Positions 53,023 through 63,739 of a stretch of DNA of 64,000 bases are shown piece by piece. The number at the start of each line of letters is the position of its first letter. The stretch's first letter is position 1. Made by a program: the position numbers and the translations under genes. The notes under the pieces were generated by a model that searched no databases, was not told where the DNA came from, and was given only the letters and a program-made list of their open reading frames with translations. This DNA comes from an uncultured Methylomirabilota bacterium. Its GTDB lineage: Bacteria > Methylomirabilota > Methylomirabilia > Methylomirabilales > 2-02-FULL-66-22. The stretch spans positions 736,001 through 800,000 of the forward strand of contig CAWJSJ010000002.1 in assembly GCA_963845565.1 (NCBI GenBank). Direction: 5' to 3'.

Positions 53023-56000
53023 ATGCTCATTCTCCATCAGAGTAACCGCCTGGAGCGGCTGGCCGATGATCTGGCCGAGGTGCTGCGCGTCCCCCTCGCG
53101 CCGCCGCTCACGCCCGAGATCATCGCGGTCCAGAGCAACGGGATGGCCCGCTGGCTCCGGATGCGGCTGGCGGACCGCCTCGGCGTCTCCGCCAATATCG
53201 ACTTTCCCCTCCCCTCGAGTCTAATCTGGAAACTGTTCGGCCGGATCCTCTCCGACGTGCCGGACCACTCCCCCTATGATCGGGAGGTCCTGGTCTGGCG
53301 CCTGATGGGACTGCTCCCCACCATCGCCGGCGGGGAGGCCTTCGCGCCGCTCCGCGCCTATCTCGCGGATGCCGGGGACGACCTCCGCCGCCATCAGCTC
53401 GCCTCGCGGATCGCCGACCTGTTCGACCAGTATCTGGTCTACCGGCCGGACTGGATCCTGGACTGGGAGCGGGGGGGCGGGGAGTCCTGGCACGCTCCCC
53501 TCTGGCGCGAGCTGGTCCGGTCGGTCGGGGGCACCCACCGGGTGCGGGTACAGGAGCGCTTCCTGGCCGCGCTGGACGGTGGGCCGTCCGCGCCGCGCGG
53601 GCTCCCCTCCCGGCTCAGCCTCTTCGGCATCCCGACGCTGCCGCCGGTGCAGCTCGAGGTCTTCGCCCGGCTGGCCGAACACCTCGACGTCCACCTCTTC
53701 CTGCTCAATCCCTGCCGGCAGTTCTGGGCCGAGATTCGATCCGAACGCGAGATCGCCCGGCGCGTCAAAGACCGGGATCCGCGCGAGCTGTACCTGGAGA
53801 CCGGCAACAGCCTGCTGGCCGCCTGCGGCAAGCAGGGGCGGGATTTTCTGGCGCTGCTCCTGGATTGCGATCCGCACGAGGTGGGGGAGTTCGAGGAGCC
53901 TGGCGAGGACAGCCTGCTCCACTGTCTCCAGACAGACATCCTCCACCTGCGGAATCGGGGGGAGGACGGGGCGCCCCGCGCCCGCATCCGGGCTGACGAC
54001 CGGTCGGTCCAGGTCCATTCCTGCCACGGCCCCATGCGCGAGCTGGAGGTTCTCTACGACCAGCTCCTTGCCCTCTTCGAGGCCGACCCCGGGCTCGAGC
54101 CGGGGGACGTCGCCGTCATGACCCCCGACATCGAGGCCTACGCACCCTTCATCGAGGCGGTCTTCGGAACCGCGGAGCCGGACCGCAGGATTCCCTTCAG
54201 CATCGCGGACCGGCGCCAGCGGACGGAGAGCCCGGTGGCGATTGCCTTCTTCTCGTTGCTAGAGGTCGTGGAAAGCCGCTTCGGGGCGGACCAGGTGCTG
54301 GGCCTCCTGGAGATCGAGCCGGTGCGTCGGCGATCGGGCATTGCAGAGGCCGACCTGCAAGAGATCCGGGATTGGATCCGCGCGACCGGCGTGCGCTGGG
54401 GCGTGGACGGCGAGAGCCGCGCGGCACTGGATCTGCCGGCCACCGCGGAGCATACCTGGCGCGCGGGCCTGGACCGACTGCTCCTGGGCTATGCCCTGCC
54501 CGCGGGCGGTCGGCGGCTCTTCGGCGGGATCCTGCCCTACGACGAGGTCGAAGGGGCCGCCAGCCGAGGCCTGGGCCGACTCTGCTCCTTCGCCGAGGCG
54601 CTCTTCGCCGCACGGGAAGAGCTGGCGCGCGCCCGGCCGGTCTCCGAGTGGGCGGACTGCTTCCTGCGCCTCCTGGATCGGTTCCTGGAGGCAGGCGAGG
54701 ACGAGGAGGAGCAGGTCGCCCACATCCGAAGGGCGGCCTCGGCGCTGGCCGCGGAGGCTGGCCAGGCCGACTTCGGGGATCCGGTGTCGCTCGCGGTCGC
54801 GCGGTCCGCCCTCCAGGCCGCGCTCGGGGCAGGGCAGGGCGGCGGGCGATTCCTGGCGGGGCGGGTGACCTTCTGTGCCATGGTCCCGATGCGGAGCGTC
54901 CCCTTCCAGGTGGTCTGTCTCATCGGGCTGAACGACGGGAGTTATCCGCGCAGCCGCCGCGCGCCGGGCTTCGACCTGATGAGCGACGACACGCGAACCG
55001 GCGACCGCTCGCGGCGCGACGATGACCGCTACCTGTTTCTGGAGGCCATCGTCTCGGCGCGTCGCGTCCTGTATCTGAGCTTCGTGGGGCAGAGCAACCG
55101 GGACAACGCCCCGCTCCCCCCCTCGGTCCTGGTGAGCGAGCTCTTGGAGTACGTGGAGCGGGGGTTCGCCCTCGGGGACAGGGAAACACCCGTCCGCGAT
55201 GGGCTGCTCACCCGCCACCCGCTGCACGCGTTCAGCCCACGCTACTTCCGGGGCGGCGCGGCCGGCTCGCGGCTCTTCAGCTACTCGGAAGAGTACTGCG
55301 AGGCCAGCCGGCGGCGGAGATCGGGCGGCGAACCGGAGCCGTTTCTCGATCGCCCCCTGGCAGAGCCGCCGGACGAGTGGCGCAGGGCGGATCTGACTCG
55401 CTTCATTCGCTTCTTCCGGCAGCCGGTGAGGTATTTGGCTCGCGAACGGCTACGGATCCACCTGGAGGAGCAGGAGGGGCTGCTGGAGAGCCGCGAGCCG
55501 TTCATCCTGGACGGCCTGGCGGCTTACACCCTCCGGCAGGAGCTGCTCGACCTCCGGTTCGCGGGCGGCTCGATGGAGGGTGGCTGGGAAATCGCCCGCG
55601 CCGGCGGGCGGCTGCCGCAGGGGCACGTGGGAGAAGTGTGCTTCGTCGGGGAGGCCGAGAAGGTCGAGGCCTTCGCCAGGCGCCTCGACACGCGCCGAGC
55701 CGTCCCGCGCCTGGACCCGATTCCCGTGGACGGAGACCTCGGCCCCATCCGGCTGACCGGCTGGCTGACGGGCGTGAGTCCCCAGGGCCTCCTGGAGTAC
55801 CGGCTGACCACGGCCAAGCCCAAGGATTGGATCGCGCTCTGGCTGCGGCACCTGCTCTTGAACAGCCTGCGGCCGCCGGGGGTGACCCCCGAGAGCTGCT
55901 GGCTCGGCGAGGACGAGGAGATCCTGCTGGGACCGGTGGACGACCCGCTGCCCCGTCTCGCCGCGCTGGCCGAGATCTATTGGACCGGCCTCTCGCGGCC

Positions 56001-56244
56001 CCTGCATCTCTTCTCGGAGGCGGGTTTCGCCTACGCCGAGTGCGTGCACAAGGGCCAGGGCGCGGAGCGGGCGCTCGCGGCCGCCCGCACGGTGTGGGTC
56101 GGAAACGTATTCTCGAAGAAGGCTCCGGAAGGAGAGGACCCCTACCATCGCCTCGTCTTTCGGGACCGCGACCCGCTGGACGCCGACTTCGCGCGGCTGT
56201 CGCGGGAGGTCTTCCTGCCCATGTTGGAGCACCGGCGGCCATGA
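53023..56244 (+). CDS. recC: Exodeoxyribonuclease V gamma subunit
   Basis: HQSNRLERL, FDQYLVYRPDWI, HSCHGPMRELEVL, MVPMRSVPF and DDRYLFLEA motifs. Confidence 0.96.
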   Translation: MLILHQSNRLERLADDLAEVLRVPLAPPLTPEIIAVQSNGMARWLRMRLADRLGVSANIDFPLPSSLIWKLFGRILSDVPDHSPYDREVLVWRLMGLLPTIAGGEAFAPLRAYLADAGDDLRRHQLASRIADLFDQYLVYRPDWILDWERGGGESWHAPLWRELVRSVGGTHRVRVQERFLAALDGGPSAPRGLPSRLSLFGIPTLPPVQLEVFARLAEHLDVHLFLLNPCRQFWAEIRSEREIARRVKDRDPRELYLETGNSLLAACGKQGRDFLALLLDCDPHEVGEFEEPGEDSLLHCLQTDILHLRNRGEDGAPRARIRADDRSVQVHSCHGPMRELEVLYDQLLALFEADPGLEPGDVAVMTPDIEAYAPFIEAVFGTAEPDRRIPFSIADRRQRTESPVAIAFFSLLEVVESRFGADQVLGLLEIEPVRRRSGIAEADLQEIRDWIRATGVRWGVDGESRAALDLPATAEHTWRAGLDRLLLGYALPAGGRRLFGGILPYDEVEGAASRGLGRLCSFAEALFAAREELARARPVSEWADCFLRLLDRFLEAGEDEEEQVAHIRRAASALAAEAGQADFGDPVSLAVARSALQAALGAGQGGGRFLAGRVTFCAMVPMRSVPFQVVCLIGLNDGSYPRSRRAPGFDLMSDDTRTGDRSRRDDDRYLFLEAIVSARRVLYLSFVGQSNRDNAPLPPSVLVSELLEYVERGFALGDRETPVRDGLLTRHPLHAFSPRYFRGGAAGSRLFSYSEEYCEASRRRRSGGEPEPFLDRPLAEPPDEWRRADLTRFIRFFRQPVRYLARERLRIHLEEQEGLLESREPFILDGLAAYTLRQELLDLRFAGGSMEGGWEIARAGGRLPQGHVGEVCFVGEAEKVEAFARRLDTRRAVPRLDPIPVDGDLGPIRLTGWLTGVSPQGLLEYRLTTAKPKDWIALWLRHLLLNSLRPPGVTPESCWLGEDEEILLGPVDDPLPRLAALAEIYWTGLSRPLHLFSEAGFAYAECVHKGQGAERALAAARTVWVGNVFSKKAPEGEDPYHRLVFRDRDPLDADFARLSREVFLPMLEHRRP

Positions 56245-59200
56245 GCGCCGGGACGCGGGGTCGGACCCGTCCGCTGGACCTCCTGGCGGAGCCCCTGGAA
56301 GGCCTGCGCCTCATCGAAGCCAGTGCCGGGACGGGGAAGACTCACACCCTGGCGGATCTCTACCTCCGGCTGGTACTGGAGGGCGGGCGGACGGTGGACC
56401 AGATCCTGGTCGTCACCTTCACGGTCGCCGCCACCGCGGAGTTGCGCGACCGGATCCGCGCCCGGCTGGAGGCGGCACGCCAGGCGTTCCTCCGTGGGGC
56501 GCCGACAGATCCCAGGGACGATGTCCTGGCCGGCCTGCTGGCCCGGAACCCCGAGTGCGCTGTGGCCGCCCGCCGGCTCGCCCAGGCGGTGCAGAGCTTT
56601 GACGAGGCGGCGATCCTCACCATCCACGGATTCTGCCAGCGGGTGCTACGGGAGAGCGCCTTCGAAAGCACCCAGCCGTTCGAGGTCGAGTTGGTTCCGG
56701 ACGAAGGCGAGATCCTGCAAGAGGTGGTGGACGACTTCTGGCGGAAGACCCTCTATCAGGGTCCGCGGCTCCTGGTCGGGTACCTGCTGCGGGAGGGGTG
56801 GACACCGGAGGGACTCGTCAAGACCGTCCGGCCGTACCTGCGGAGACCGTCGCTCGCCGTCCGTCCACCCGCGCCCCCCGCTGTTGGGTCGGAGGCCGAA
56901 TCGCTCTACACGGCCTGCTACCGCGAGGCGCGTGAGGCCTGGCAGACGGACCGGGTAGCGATCGGGAGGCTGCTTGGCAGTCAGACGTCGCTGAACGGCT
57001 CGAAGTACCCGCCGAGATCCCTCCCGGCCTGGCTGGAGGAGATCGACGCCTTCTTGCGGCCGGCCGAGGCCCATGCTGCCTGGTGCACCCGCGTCGAGAA
57101 GTTCACGACGCGCGCGTTGGGCGCGGCCATCAAGAAGGGGGGCACCCCGCCGGCTCACCCGGTCTTCACCACCTGCGAGCGGCTGACGGCGGCCTGGCAG
57201 TCGCTGGCGGAACACCTCGCCTTCCGGGCCAGGACGCTCAGGCTGGAGTTACTCGAGTACTGCCGGCGGGAGCTGGCCGCACGGAAGGAACGCCGGCAGC
57301 TCACGGCGTATCAGGACCTCCTGCTGCGTCTGGATCGCACGCTCGCGGCCCCGCACGGCTCGGCGCTGGCCGCCAGCCTGCGCCGGCATTATTCCGCGGC
57401 GCTGATCGACGAGTTTCAGGACACCGACCCCACCCAGTACTCGATCTTCCGGCAGATCTACGCCGGAAGCCGGCTCCCGGTCTTTCTGGTGGGGGATCCC
57501 AAGCAGGCCATCTTCGGTTTCCGGGGGGCGGACATCTTCGCGTATCTGGCGGCGGGTCGCGACGCGGAGGCGCGACGCACGCTGGATCGAAACTGGCGCT
57601 CCGCTCCCGGGTTGGTCCGGGCGGTAAACGCCGTCTTCGGGAGGGCCGGAGACCCGTTCCTGTTCGACGAGATCTCGTTCCATCCGGTGCGGCCGGCCGA
57701 GAAGGAGCGACGGCCGCTCGTCGTCGCGGCGGACGACGAGGCGCCGCTCCGGATCTGGTGCCTCACCCGCGCGGGCGAACGTGAGCCGATGCCCAAGGAG
57801 AAGGCCTCGCCCGCTGCCATCCAGGCCACGGCGGCCGAGATTGCGCGGCTTCTCGCGGCGGCAGGTCGAGACGAGGCCCGCATCGGGGCGACAGCGCTCA
57901 CGGGAGGGGACATCGCCGTCTTGGTGCGGACCAACGCCCAGGCCGACCGGGTGCGGGAGGCGCTCCTCGCGCGTGGGGTGGCCAGCGTCCAGCTCGGCGA
58001 GGCGAGCGTCTTTTCGTCGCACGAGGCGGCGGAGGTCGAGCGCGTCCTCTTGGCCGTGGCGCAGCCGGGGCGCGAGCCGCTGGTGCGGGCCGCTCTGGCC
58101 ACGGATCTCTTCGGCCTCGGCGGGAATGCGCTGGAGTCGCTCGACGAGGACGAGGCGGCCTGGGAGGCACGCGCGAATGCGTTCCTGGACTACCAGGCGC
58201 TCTGGCGGGACCAGGGATTCGTCCAGATGTTCCGCCGACTGATGAAGGCGGAGGGTGTGGCGGCGCGCCTCCTGAGATACGAGGACGGGGAGCGGCGACT
58301 CACCAACGTCCTGCACCTCACGGAGTTGCTGCAGGCGGCAGCCGGCGCGGACCACCTGGGGATGGAGGGCCTGATCGACTGGCTTGCGGCGCACCGGCAG
58401 AATGGAGAGACGGCGCCCGAGGAGGCCCAGCTTCGCCTGGAGAGCGACGAGAACCTGGTCAAGATCGCCACCATCCACAAGAGCAAGGGTCTGCAGTACC
58501 CGGTGGTCTTTTGCCCGTTCCTGTGGGACGTCTCGCTCCGCGGCACGGACGATGGAGTCGGCGTGCTGTTCCACGACCCGGCTGCTCAGAATACGCCCAC
58601 GCTGGACGCGGGCTCGGACCGGTTCGACGAGGCCCGGGAGGCTGCCGAGCGCGAGGCGTTGGCCGAGCATCTGCGGCTCGCGTACGTTGCCATGACGCGA
58701 GCCGAGCATCGCTGCACGATCGTGTGGGGGAACATCAACGGGGGGGAATTGTCGGGGCTGGCTTACCTGCTGCATCAGCCGGCGGAGCTGGCGCCGGGGG
58801 CGGACCGGGCGGCCGCCGTCCGCGCGCGCGCCAGGGGACTCGACGACCGGGAGGTCCTGGCCGATCTCTTGCGGTTGGCAGACGCCGCCGGGGGCGTGAT
58901 CGCGGTCAGGAGCGTCTCCCCGGCGGAGCCGCTCGCAACCCGCCCCTCGGCACCCGCCATGGAGTCGCTCCAGGCGCGGCCGTTCGCCGGGCGGATCGCG
59001 AAAGGGTGGCAGATCACCAGCTTCTCGGGACTCACGGCGGGCAGCCATCGGGAGGCGCCTGATCACGATGCCGCCCCCCCGGTGGAGCGAGGCGGGCGGA
59101 CGCTCCTGCCCGGTCAGCCCCCGGCCGATATCGCCGACTTCCCGCGCGGCGTCCGGGCGGGAATCTTCATGCACGCCCTCTTCGCCTCGCTGGATTTCGC

Positions 59201-59861
59201 GCGGGCCGACCGGGAGGGCATCCAGGCGGCCGCCGGCCAAGCGCTCCGGGAGCACGGCTTCGATGTGGCCTGGCAGACCGCCGTGGCGGACACGGCGGAG
59301 AAGGTCCTGCGGACGCCGCTGGATGCCGCAACCGGTCTCTGCCTGGCCTGCGTGGAGCGAGTCCAGCGGCTGGACGAGCTGACGTTCCACTTTCCGGTGG
59401 CCCGCCTCGATCCGGGACGGCTGACCGCCCTGCTCCGCACACACGGCCACGACGGACCCATCCGAGGGCCAATTTCGGAATTGGCGTTCGACCCGGTGCG
59501 GGGCTACATGACCGGCTCCATGGATCTGGTCTTCGAGGCGGGAGGCCGCTACTACCTCGCGGACTACAAATCGAACTGGCTGGGCGAGGGACCGGACGCC
59601 TACCGGGCGGAGTGGCTGCCCCAGGTGATGGCCCGCGAGACCTATGACCTGCAGTACCTTATTTATACCGTGGCGCTCACCCGGTATCTCGGGCAGCGCC
59701 TGCCGGAGTTCCAGTATGCGCGGGACTTCGGCGGCGTGTTCTACCTGTTCGTGCGGGGGATGGATCCGGCACGAGGCGCGGACTTCGGCGTCTACCGAGG
59801 CCGCCCGCGCGAGGAGTTGATCGTCGCACTGGATCGGTACCTCGCCTCTGGGCTCTTTTGA
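56241..59861 (+). CDS. recB: Exodeoxyribonuclease V beta subunit
   Basis: IEASAGTGKT, LIDEFQDTD, VGDPKQAI and TIHKSKGL; nuclease GSMDLVF...DYKSN; ATGA overlap with recC. Confidence 0.96.
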   Translation: MSAGTRGRTRPLDLLAEPLEGLRLIEASAGTGKTHTLADLYLRLVLEGGRTVDQILVVTFTVAATAELRDRIRARLEAARQAFLRGAPTDPRDDVLAGLLARNPECAVAARRLAQAVQSFDEAAILTIHGFCQRVLRESAFESTQPFEVELVPDEGEILQEVVDDFWRKTLYQGPRLLVGYLLREGWTPEGLVKTVRPYLRRPSLAVRPPAPPAVGSEAESLYTACYREAREAWQTDRVAIGRLLGSQTSLNGSKYPPRSLPAWLEEIDAFLRPAEAHAAWCTRVEKFTTRALGAAIKKGGTPPAHPVFTTCERLTAAWQSLAEHLAFRARTLRLELLEYCRRELAARKERRQLTAYQDLLLRLDRTLAAPHGSALAASLRRHYSAALIDEFQDTDPTQYSIFRQIYAGSRLPVFLVGDPKQAIFGFRGADIFAYLAAGRDAEARRTLDRNWRSAPGLVRAVNAVFGRAGDPFLFDEISFHPVRPAEKERRPLVVAADDEAPLRIWCLTRAGEREPMPKEKASPAAIQATAAEIARLLAAAGRDEARIGATALTGGDIAVLVRTNAQADRVREALLARGVASVQLGEASVFSSHEAAEVERVLLAVAQPGREPLVRAALATDLFGLGGNALESLDEDEAAWEARANAFLDYQALWRDQGFVQMFRRLMKAEGVAARLLRYEDGERRLTNVLHLTELLQAAAGADHLGMEGLIDWLAAHRQNGETAPEEAQLRLESDENLVKIATIHKSKGLQYPVVFCPFLWDVSLRGTDDGVGVLFHDPAAQNTPTLDAGSDRFDEAREAAEREALAEHLRLAYVAMTRAEHRCTIVWGNINGGELSGLAYLLHQPAELAPGADRAAAVRARARGLDDREVLADLLRLADAAGGVIAVRSVSPAEPLATRPSAPAMESLQARPFAGRIAKGWQITSFSGLTAGSHREAPDHDAAPPVERGGRTLLPGQPPADIADFPRGVRAGIFMHALFASLDFARADREGIQAAAGQALREHGFDVAWQTAVADTAEKVLRTPLDAATGLCLACVERVQRLDELTFHFPVARLDPGRLTALLRTHGHDGPIRGPISELAFDPVRGYMTGSMDLVFEAGGRYYLADYKSNWLGEGPDAYRAEWLPQVMARETYDLQYLIYTVALTRYLGQRLPEFQYARDFGGVFYLFVRGMDPARGADFGVYRGRPREELIVALDRYLASGLF

Positions 59862-59883
59862 GCAACCTGCCGGGAGACGTGGC

Positions 59884-61734
59884 ATGAAGATCTGGGGGAA
59901 CGCGCAGGCGATCGCCGAGACCGGCGGCCTGGACGCGCACATGGCCCGGCTGCTGTCGCGGCTGGCCGGGCAAGAGGATCCCCTGCTCGCGCTCGGCGTG
60001 CGCCTGGTCTGCCGCGCGACGAGCCAGGGGCACATCTGCGTGAGCCTGGCCGACGCCGCGGGGGAGCCGCTCGCCGCGCTGGGCGAGGTCGAGCCGGGGC
60101 TCGCCCCGCCGCTCCCGGTCTGGTGCGAGGCCCTGCGACGACACCAGGTCGTGGGCCGGCCCGGCGACTACGCGCCACTCGTCCTGGACGAGGCCGGCCG
60201 CCTGTATCTGTATCGCTACTGGGCCTACCAGCACGAGCTCGCGCTGGATCTCCAGACCCGCGTCGCCGACAATCCGGTGGATGTGGGCCCGCGGCGACTG
60301 CGGGACGGGCTCGATCGGCTCTTCCCGCCCACGGCCGAGGGGGCGGACCGGCAGCGCCTGGCCGCGGCCGTGGCCGCACTGAAGCGCTTCTCCGTCATCT
60401 CCGGCGGTCCGGGGACGGGCAAGACCACCACCGTGGTGCGCATCCTCGCCCTGCTGCTGGAGCAGGCGCCGGCCCCCCTCCGCATCGCCCTCGCGGCCCC
60501 CACCGGGAAGGCGGCGGCGAGGATGCAGGACGCCATCCGAGCCAGCCGGGAGACGCTGCCGGTGGATGCCCGCATTCGCGATGCCATCCCCGCCGAGGCG
60601 ACGACGATCCACCGGCTGTTGGGGTTTCGGCCGGGGTCGGTCGCTTTTCGGCACGATCGAGACAATCCCGTGCCTGTGGACGTCCTGGTGGTGGACGAGG
60701 CCTCGATGGTGGACCTGGCGCTCATGACGAAGCTGGTCCGGGCCGTGCCGAGAACGGCGCGGCTGATCCTGCTGGGGGACAAGGACCAGCTCGCCTCGGT
60801 CGAGGCGGGCGCGGTGCTGGGCGACATCTGCGGCGACTCGCCGGGGTTCTCGCCGGCCTTTCGACGGCGAATGATCGAGGTGACCGGGCAGGATCCGGCG
60901 GACGTGGGCAGCGCAGCGTCCCTCGATCGATCGGCGGCTGAGGCGGGGCCGCCGATACGCGACGCCATCGTCCAGTTGACCCGGAGCTACCGCTTCGGCC
61001 AGGACAGCGGCATCGGCCGACTGGCGCAATTCGTGAACCGGGGGGACGGCCAATCGGCCCTGGACCTCCTCACGCGAGGCGAGTGCGAGGATATCGTCTG
61101 GCGTCCCCTGGAGTCGCCCCGGGATCTCGCGCCGCGGCTCGCCGAGATCGCAGGAAGGCTGGGGGCGTATCTGGCTGCCGAGACCCCTGAGGCGGTCCTG
61201 ACGGCTCTGGATGGGTTCCGCGTCCTCTGCGCCCACCGCACCGGACCCTACGGGGTGGAAACCCTGAACACGCTGATTACGAACTGCCTGGAGTCGCGAC
61301 GCGCGATTCGTCCGCGGACGCCCTGGTACCACGGCCGACCGGTGCTGGTCACGGCGAACGACCACAACCTTCGCCTCTTCAACGGGGACCTGGGCATCAC
61401 GCTGGCCGACGCGGCGGCGAGCGACAGGCTTCGCGTCTTCTTCCGCACGGCCGACGGCAGCGTGCGCCGACTACCGCCCGCACGGTTGCCCGAACACGAG
61501 ACGGCCTTTGCCGCCACGGTCCACAAGAGCCAGGGCTCCGAGGCGGACGAGATTCTGTTGATCCTCCCGGACGAGCTGACCCCCGTCATGACGCGCGAGC
61601 TCGTCTACACCGGCCTCACGCGCGCCCGCCGCCGCGTCGAGGTCTGGGGGAGCGCCGCGGTCCTGGCCGCCGCAATCTCGCGCCGCCTCTCGCGCTCCTC
61701 CGGACTGCGCGACGCCTTGTGGGGAACCACATGA
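59884..61734 (+). CDS. recD: Exodeoxyribonuclease V alpha subunit
   Basis: SGGPGTGKT, AAPTGKAAAR, VDEASMVD, GDKDQLASV, TVHKSQGSE and YTGLTRAR motifs. Confidence 0.96.
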   Translation: MKIWGNAQAIAETGGLDAHMARLLSRLAGQEDPLLALGVRLVCRATSQGHICVSLADAAGEPLAALGEVEPGLAPPLPVWCEALRRHQVVGRPGDYAPLVLDEAGRLYLYRYWAYQHELALDLQTRVADNPVDVGPRRLRDGLDRLFPPTAEGADRQRLAAAVAALKRFSVISGGPGTGKTTTVVRILALLLEQAPAPLRIALAAPTGKAAARMQDAIRASRETLPVDARIRDAIPAEATTIHRLLGFRPGSVAFRHDRDNPVPVDVLVVDEASMVDLALMTKLVRAVPRTARLILLGDKDQLASVEAGAVLGDICGDSPGFSPAFRRRMIEVTGQDPADVGSAASLDRSAAEAGPPIRDAIVQLTRSYRFGQDSGIGRLAQFVNRGDGQSALDLLTRGECEDIVWRPLESPRDLAPRLAEIAGRLGAYLAAETPEAVLTALDGFRVLCAHRTGPYGVETLNTLITNCLESRRAIRPRTPWYHGRPVLVTANDHNLRLFNGDLGITLADAAASDRLRVFFRTADGSVRRLPPARLPEHETAFAATVHKSQGSEADEILLILPDELTPVMTRELVYTGLTRARRRVEVWGSAAVLAAAISRRLSRSSGLRDALWGTT

Positions 61735-62450
61735 CGCACGGCTTCCACATTCCGTTCGACGGCCACACCCTCGTCGGTGACGTCCTGACGGGAGAGGCCC
61801 CGCCGCGCCTCTTGGTGCTGCACGGCGCCGGGCAGGCCTGCCGCGAGCGGTTCCACGATATTCGGGAGTATCTTCTGGCCCGCGGGATCGGCTCCGTCGC
61901 CTTCGACTGCATCGGCCACGGCGACACCGGCGGCGACCTGAAGTCGTCCAGCCTGAAGAGCCGGACCGCGCAGGCCCGCGCCGTCGTCGAGGCCGTGGGA
62001 CTTCCCCGGCCCTTCTCCGTCCTGGGGGCCAGCATGGGAGGCTACACGGCGGTGACGCTGCTTCGCCATTACGCCATCGACAATCTCTTGCTGATCGTTC
62101 CGGCCATGTACACGGCCGAGGCCTACCCCGTTCCCTTCAACGGCGGATTTACCGAGATCATCCGACGGCCGGAAAGCTGGCAGGCCTCGGACGCCTGGGC
62201 ACTCCTCTCCCGCTTCACGGGGCGGCTGCTCGTCGTGGCCGGCGAGCAGGACGCGGTCATTCCGCCCGGCGTGATCCGCAAGATCTATGAGTCCGCCGCG
62301 AGCGCCGCGGAGCGCACGCTCTACGTCGCCCCCGGCACCTCGCACACGGTCCTCACCGACCTCCGGGCCAAGGACCCCTCCCGCCTCGCCGAGGTCCTCG
62401 ATCTGATGGCACGGCTCCTCACGACCGATGCGATGCAACAGGCCTCCTGA
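61731..62450 (+). CDS. Alpha/beta hydrolase
   Basis: LHGAG; GASMGG nucleophile elbow; GEQDAVIP; ATGA overlap with recD. Confidence 0.85.
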   Translation: MTHGFHIPFDGHTLVGDVLTGEAPPRLLVLHGAGQACRERFHDIREYLLARGIGSVAFDCIGHGDTGGDLKSSSLKSRTAQARAVVEAVGLPRPFSVLGASMGGYTAVTLLRHYAIDNLLLIVPAMYTAEAYPVPFNGGFTEIIRRPESWQASDAWALLSRFTGRLLVVAGEQDAVIPPGVIRKIYESAASAAERTLYVAPGTSHTVLTDLRAKDPSRLAEVLDLMARLLTTDAMQQAS

Positions 62451-62506
62451 CGGCGCGCCCCCGAGGACGTGCAGGACCGAACCAGCGGTCCCCCGCTATT
62501 AAGAGT

Positions 62507-62535
62507 TTGCACATTAGAAACCAGACTTCTATAAT
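62507..62535 (+). promoter_or_regulatory. Sigma70 promoter overlapped by an imperfect inverted repeat
   Basis: TTGCAC-17 nt-TATAAT, with ATG 7 nt downstream. Confidence 0.75.
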
Positions 62536-62542
62536 GCACACC

Positions 62543-63724
62543 ATGATCGAGCGGCATTACACCAGCCGCCTCCGGCGGCTCTTGACCCAATTCCCTGCGG
62601 TGACGGTGCTGGGCCCGCGGCAATGCGGTAAGACGACCTTCATCCGCCAGGCTCTCCCCGACTGGACCTACCTGGACCTGGAGCGCCCCTCCGACGTCAC
62701 CCCGCTGGCCGCGGACCCGGAGGCGCGCTTGGGTCAACTTGGCGGGCATGTCATCCTCGACGAAGCGCAGCGCCTTCCGGACCTGTTTCCCGTCCTGCGG
62801 AGCGTCCTCGACGCCACAAGGTCCCGGAAGGGACGTTTCGTCCTGCTCGGGTCGGCCTCCCCGTCTCTCGTTCGTGCGATCTCCGAATCGCTGGCGGGCC
62901 GGACCGCGTTCTTGGATCTGGCGCCCCTGCGTTGGGACGAGGTGGCGGACCGCCGGAACCCGCGCGGCATCAAGACCCTCTGGTTTCGAGGAGGATATCC
63001 AGAGGCCTACCTGCAGCGGGACGACAACGCCCGCTGGGACTGGCTGGAGTCTTACACACGGGCGTTCATCGAGCGCGATCTGGCCGCACTCGGGATCGAG
63101 GTATCCGCCGTACAGATGCGACGGCTGTGGAGCATGCTCGCCCACTGCAACGGCGCGATCTGGAATGCCTCACAACTGGCCGCATCGTTAGGTGTCAGCT
63201 ATCACACGGTGAATCGGTACGTGGACATCCTGGAGCAAACGTTCTTGATTCGAAAACTACCCCCGTTCTATGCGAACGTCCGAAAGCGCCTGGTCAAGAG
63301 TCCCAAGGTCTACTTCCGAGACACCGGACTCCTGCACTACTTCCTGGGCATCCGGGGCGAGGCAACTCTGGACACCCACCCGTCCCGGGGCCTCAGTTGG
63401 GAAGGTTTCGTCATTGATCAGATGATCTCGGCGTTCCAACGGCATGCCGCCGGCAGCCAGGCGTTCTTCTGGCGCACGGCTCAGGGAGACGAGGTCGATC
63501 TGCTCATTGACATGGGTGGTCGGCAGATACCCTTTGAGGTCAAGCTGCATTCCGCTCCCGCCGCTCCCGACGCTCGCACACTTCTACGATGCATGCAGGA
63601 TCTCGGACTACCCCGCGGGTATGTAATCTATCCGGGCGAAAAGGACTACTCGTTGGGGGGCGGTGCCAGCGCGCTCTCCGCACGCCGCCTGCTCTCAAGC
63701 CCGCAGGATTGCGTCCGGCTCTGA
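62543..63724 (+). CDS. AAA+ ATPase, AAA_14/DUF4143 family
   Basis: GPRQCGKTT, ILDEAQ, SESLAGR, RGGYPE, KSPKVYFRDTGLL and EVDL...EVK motifs. Confidence 0.92.
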   Translation: MIERHYTSRLRRLLTQFPAVTVLGPRQCGKTTFIRQALPDWTYLDLERPSDVTPLAADPEARLGQLGGHVILDEAQRLPDLFPVLRSVLDATRSRKGRFVLLGSASPSLVRAISESLAGRTAFLDLAPLRWDEVADRRNPRGIKTLWFRGGYPEAYLQRDDNARWDWLESYTRAFIERDLAALGIEVSAVQMRRLWSMLAHCNGAIWNASQLAASLGVSYHTVNRYVDILEQTFLIRKLPPFYANVRKRLVKSPKVYFRDTGLLHYFLGIRGEATLDTHPSRGLSWEGFVIDQMISAFQRHAAGSQAFFWRTAQGDEVDLLIDMGGRQIPFEVKLHSAPAAPDARTLLRCMQDLGLPRGYVIYPGEKDYSLGGGASALSARRLLSSPQDCVRL

Positions 63725-63739
63725 GCGAAGGAGACATTG

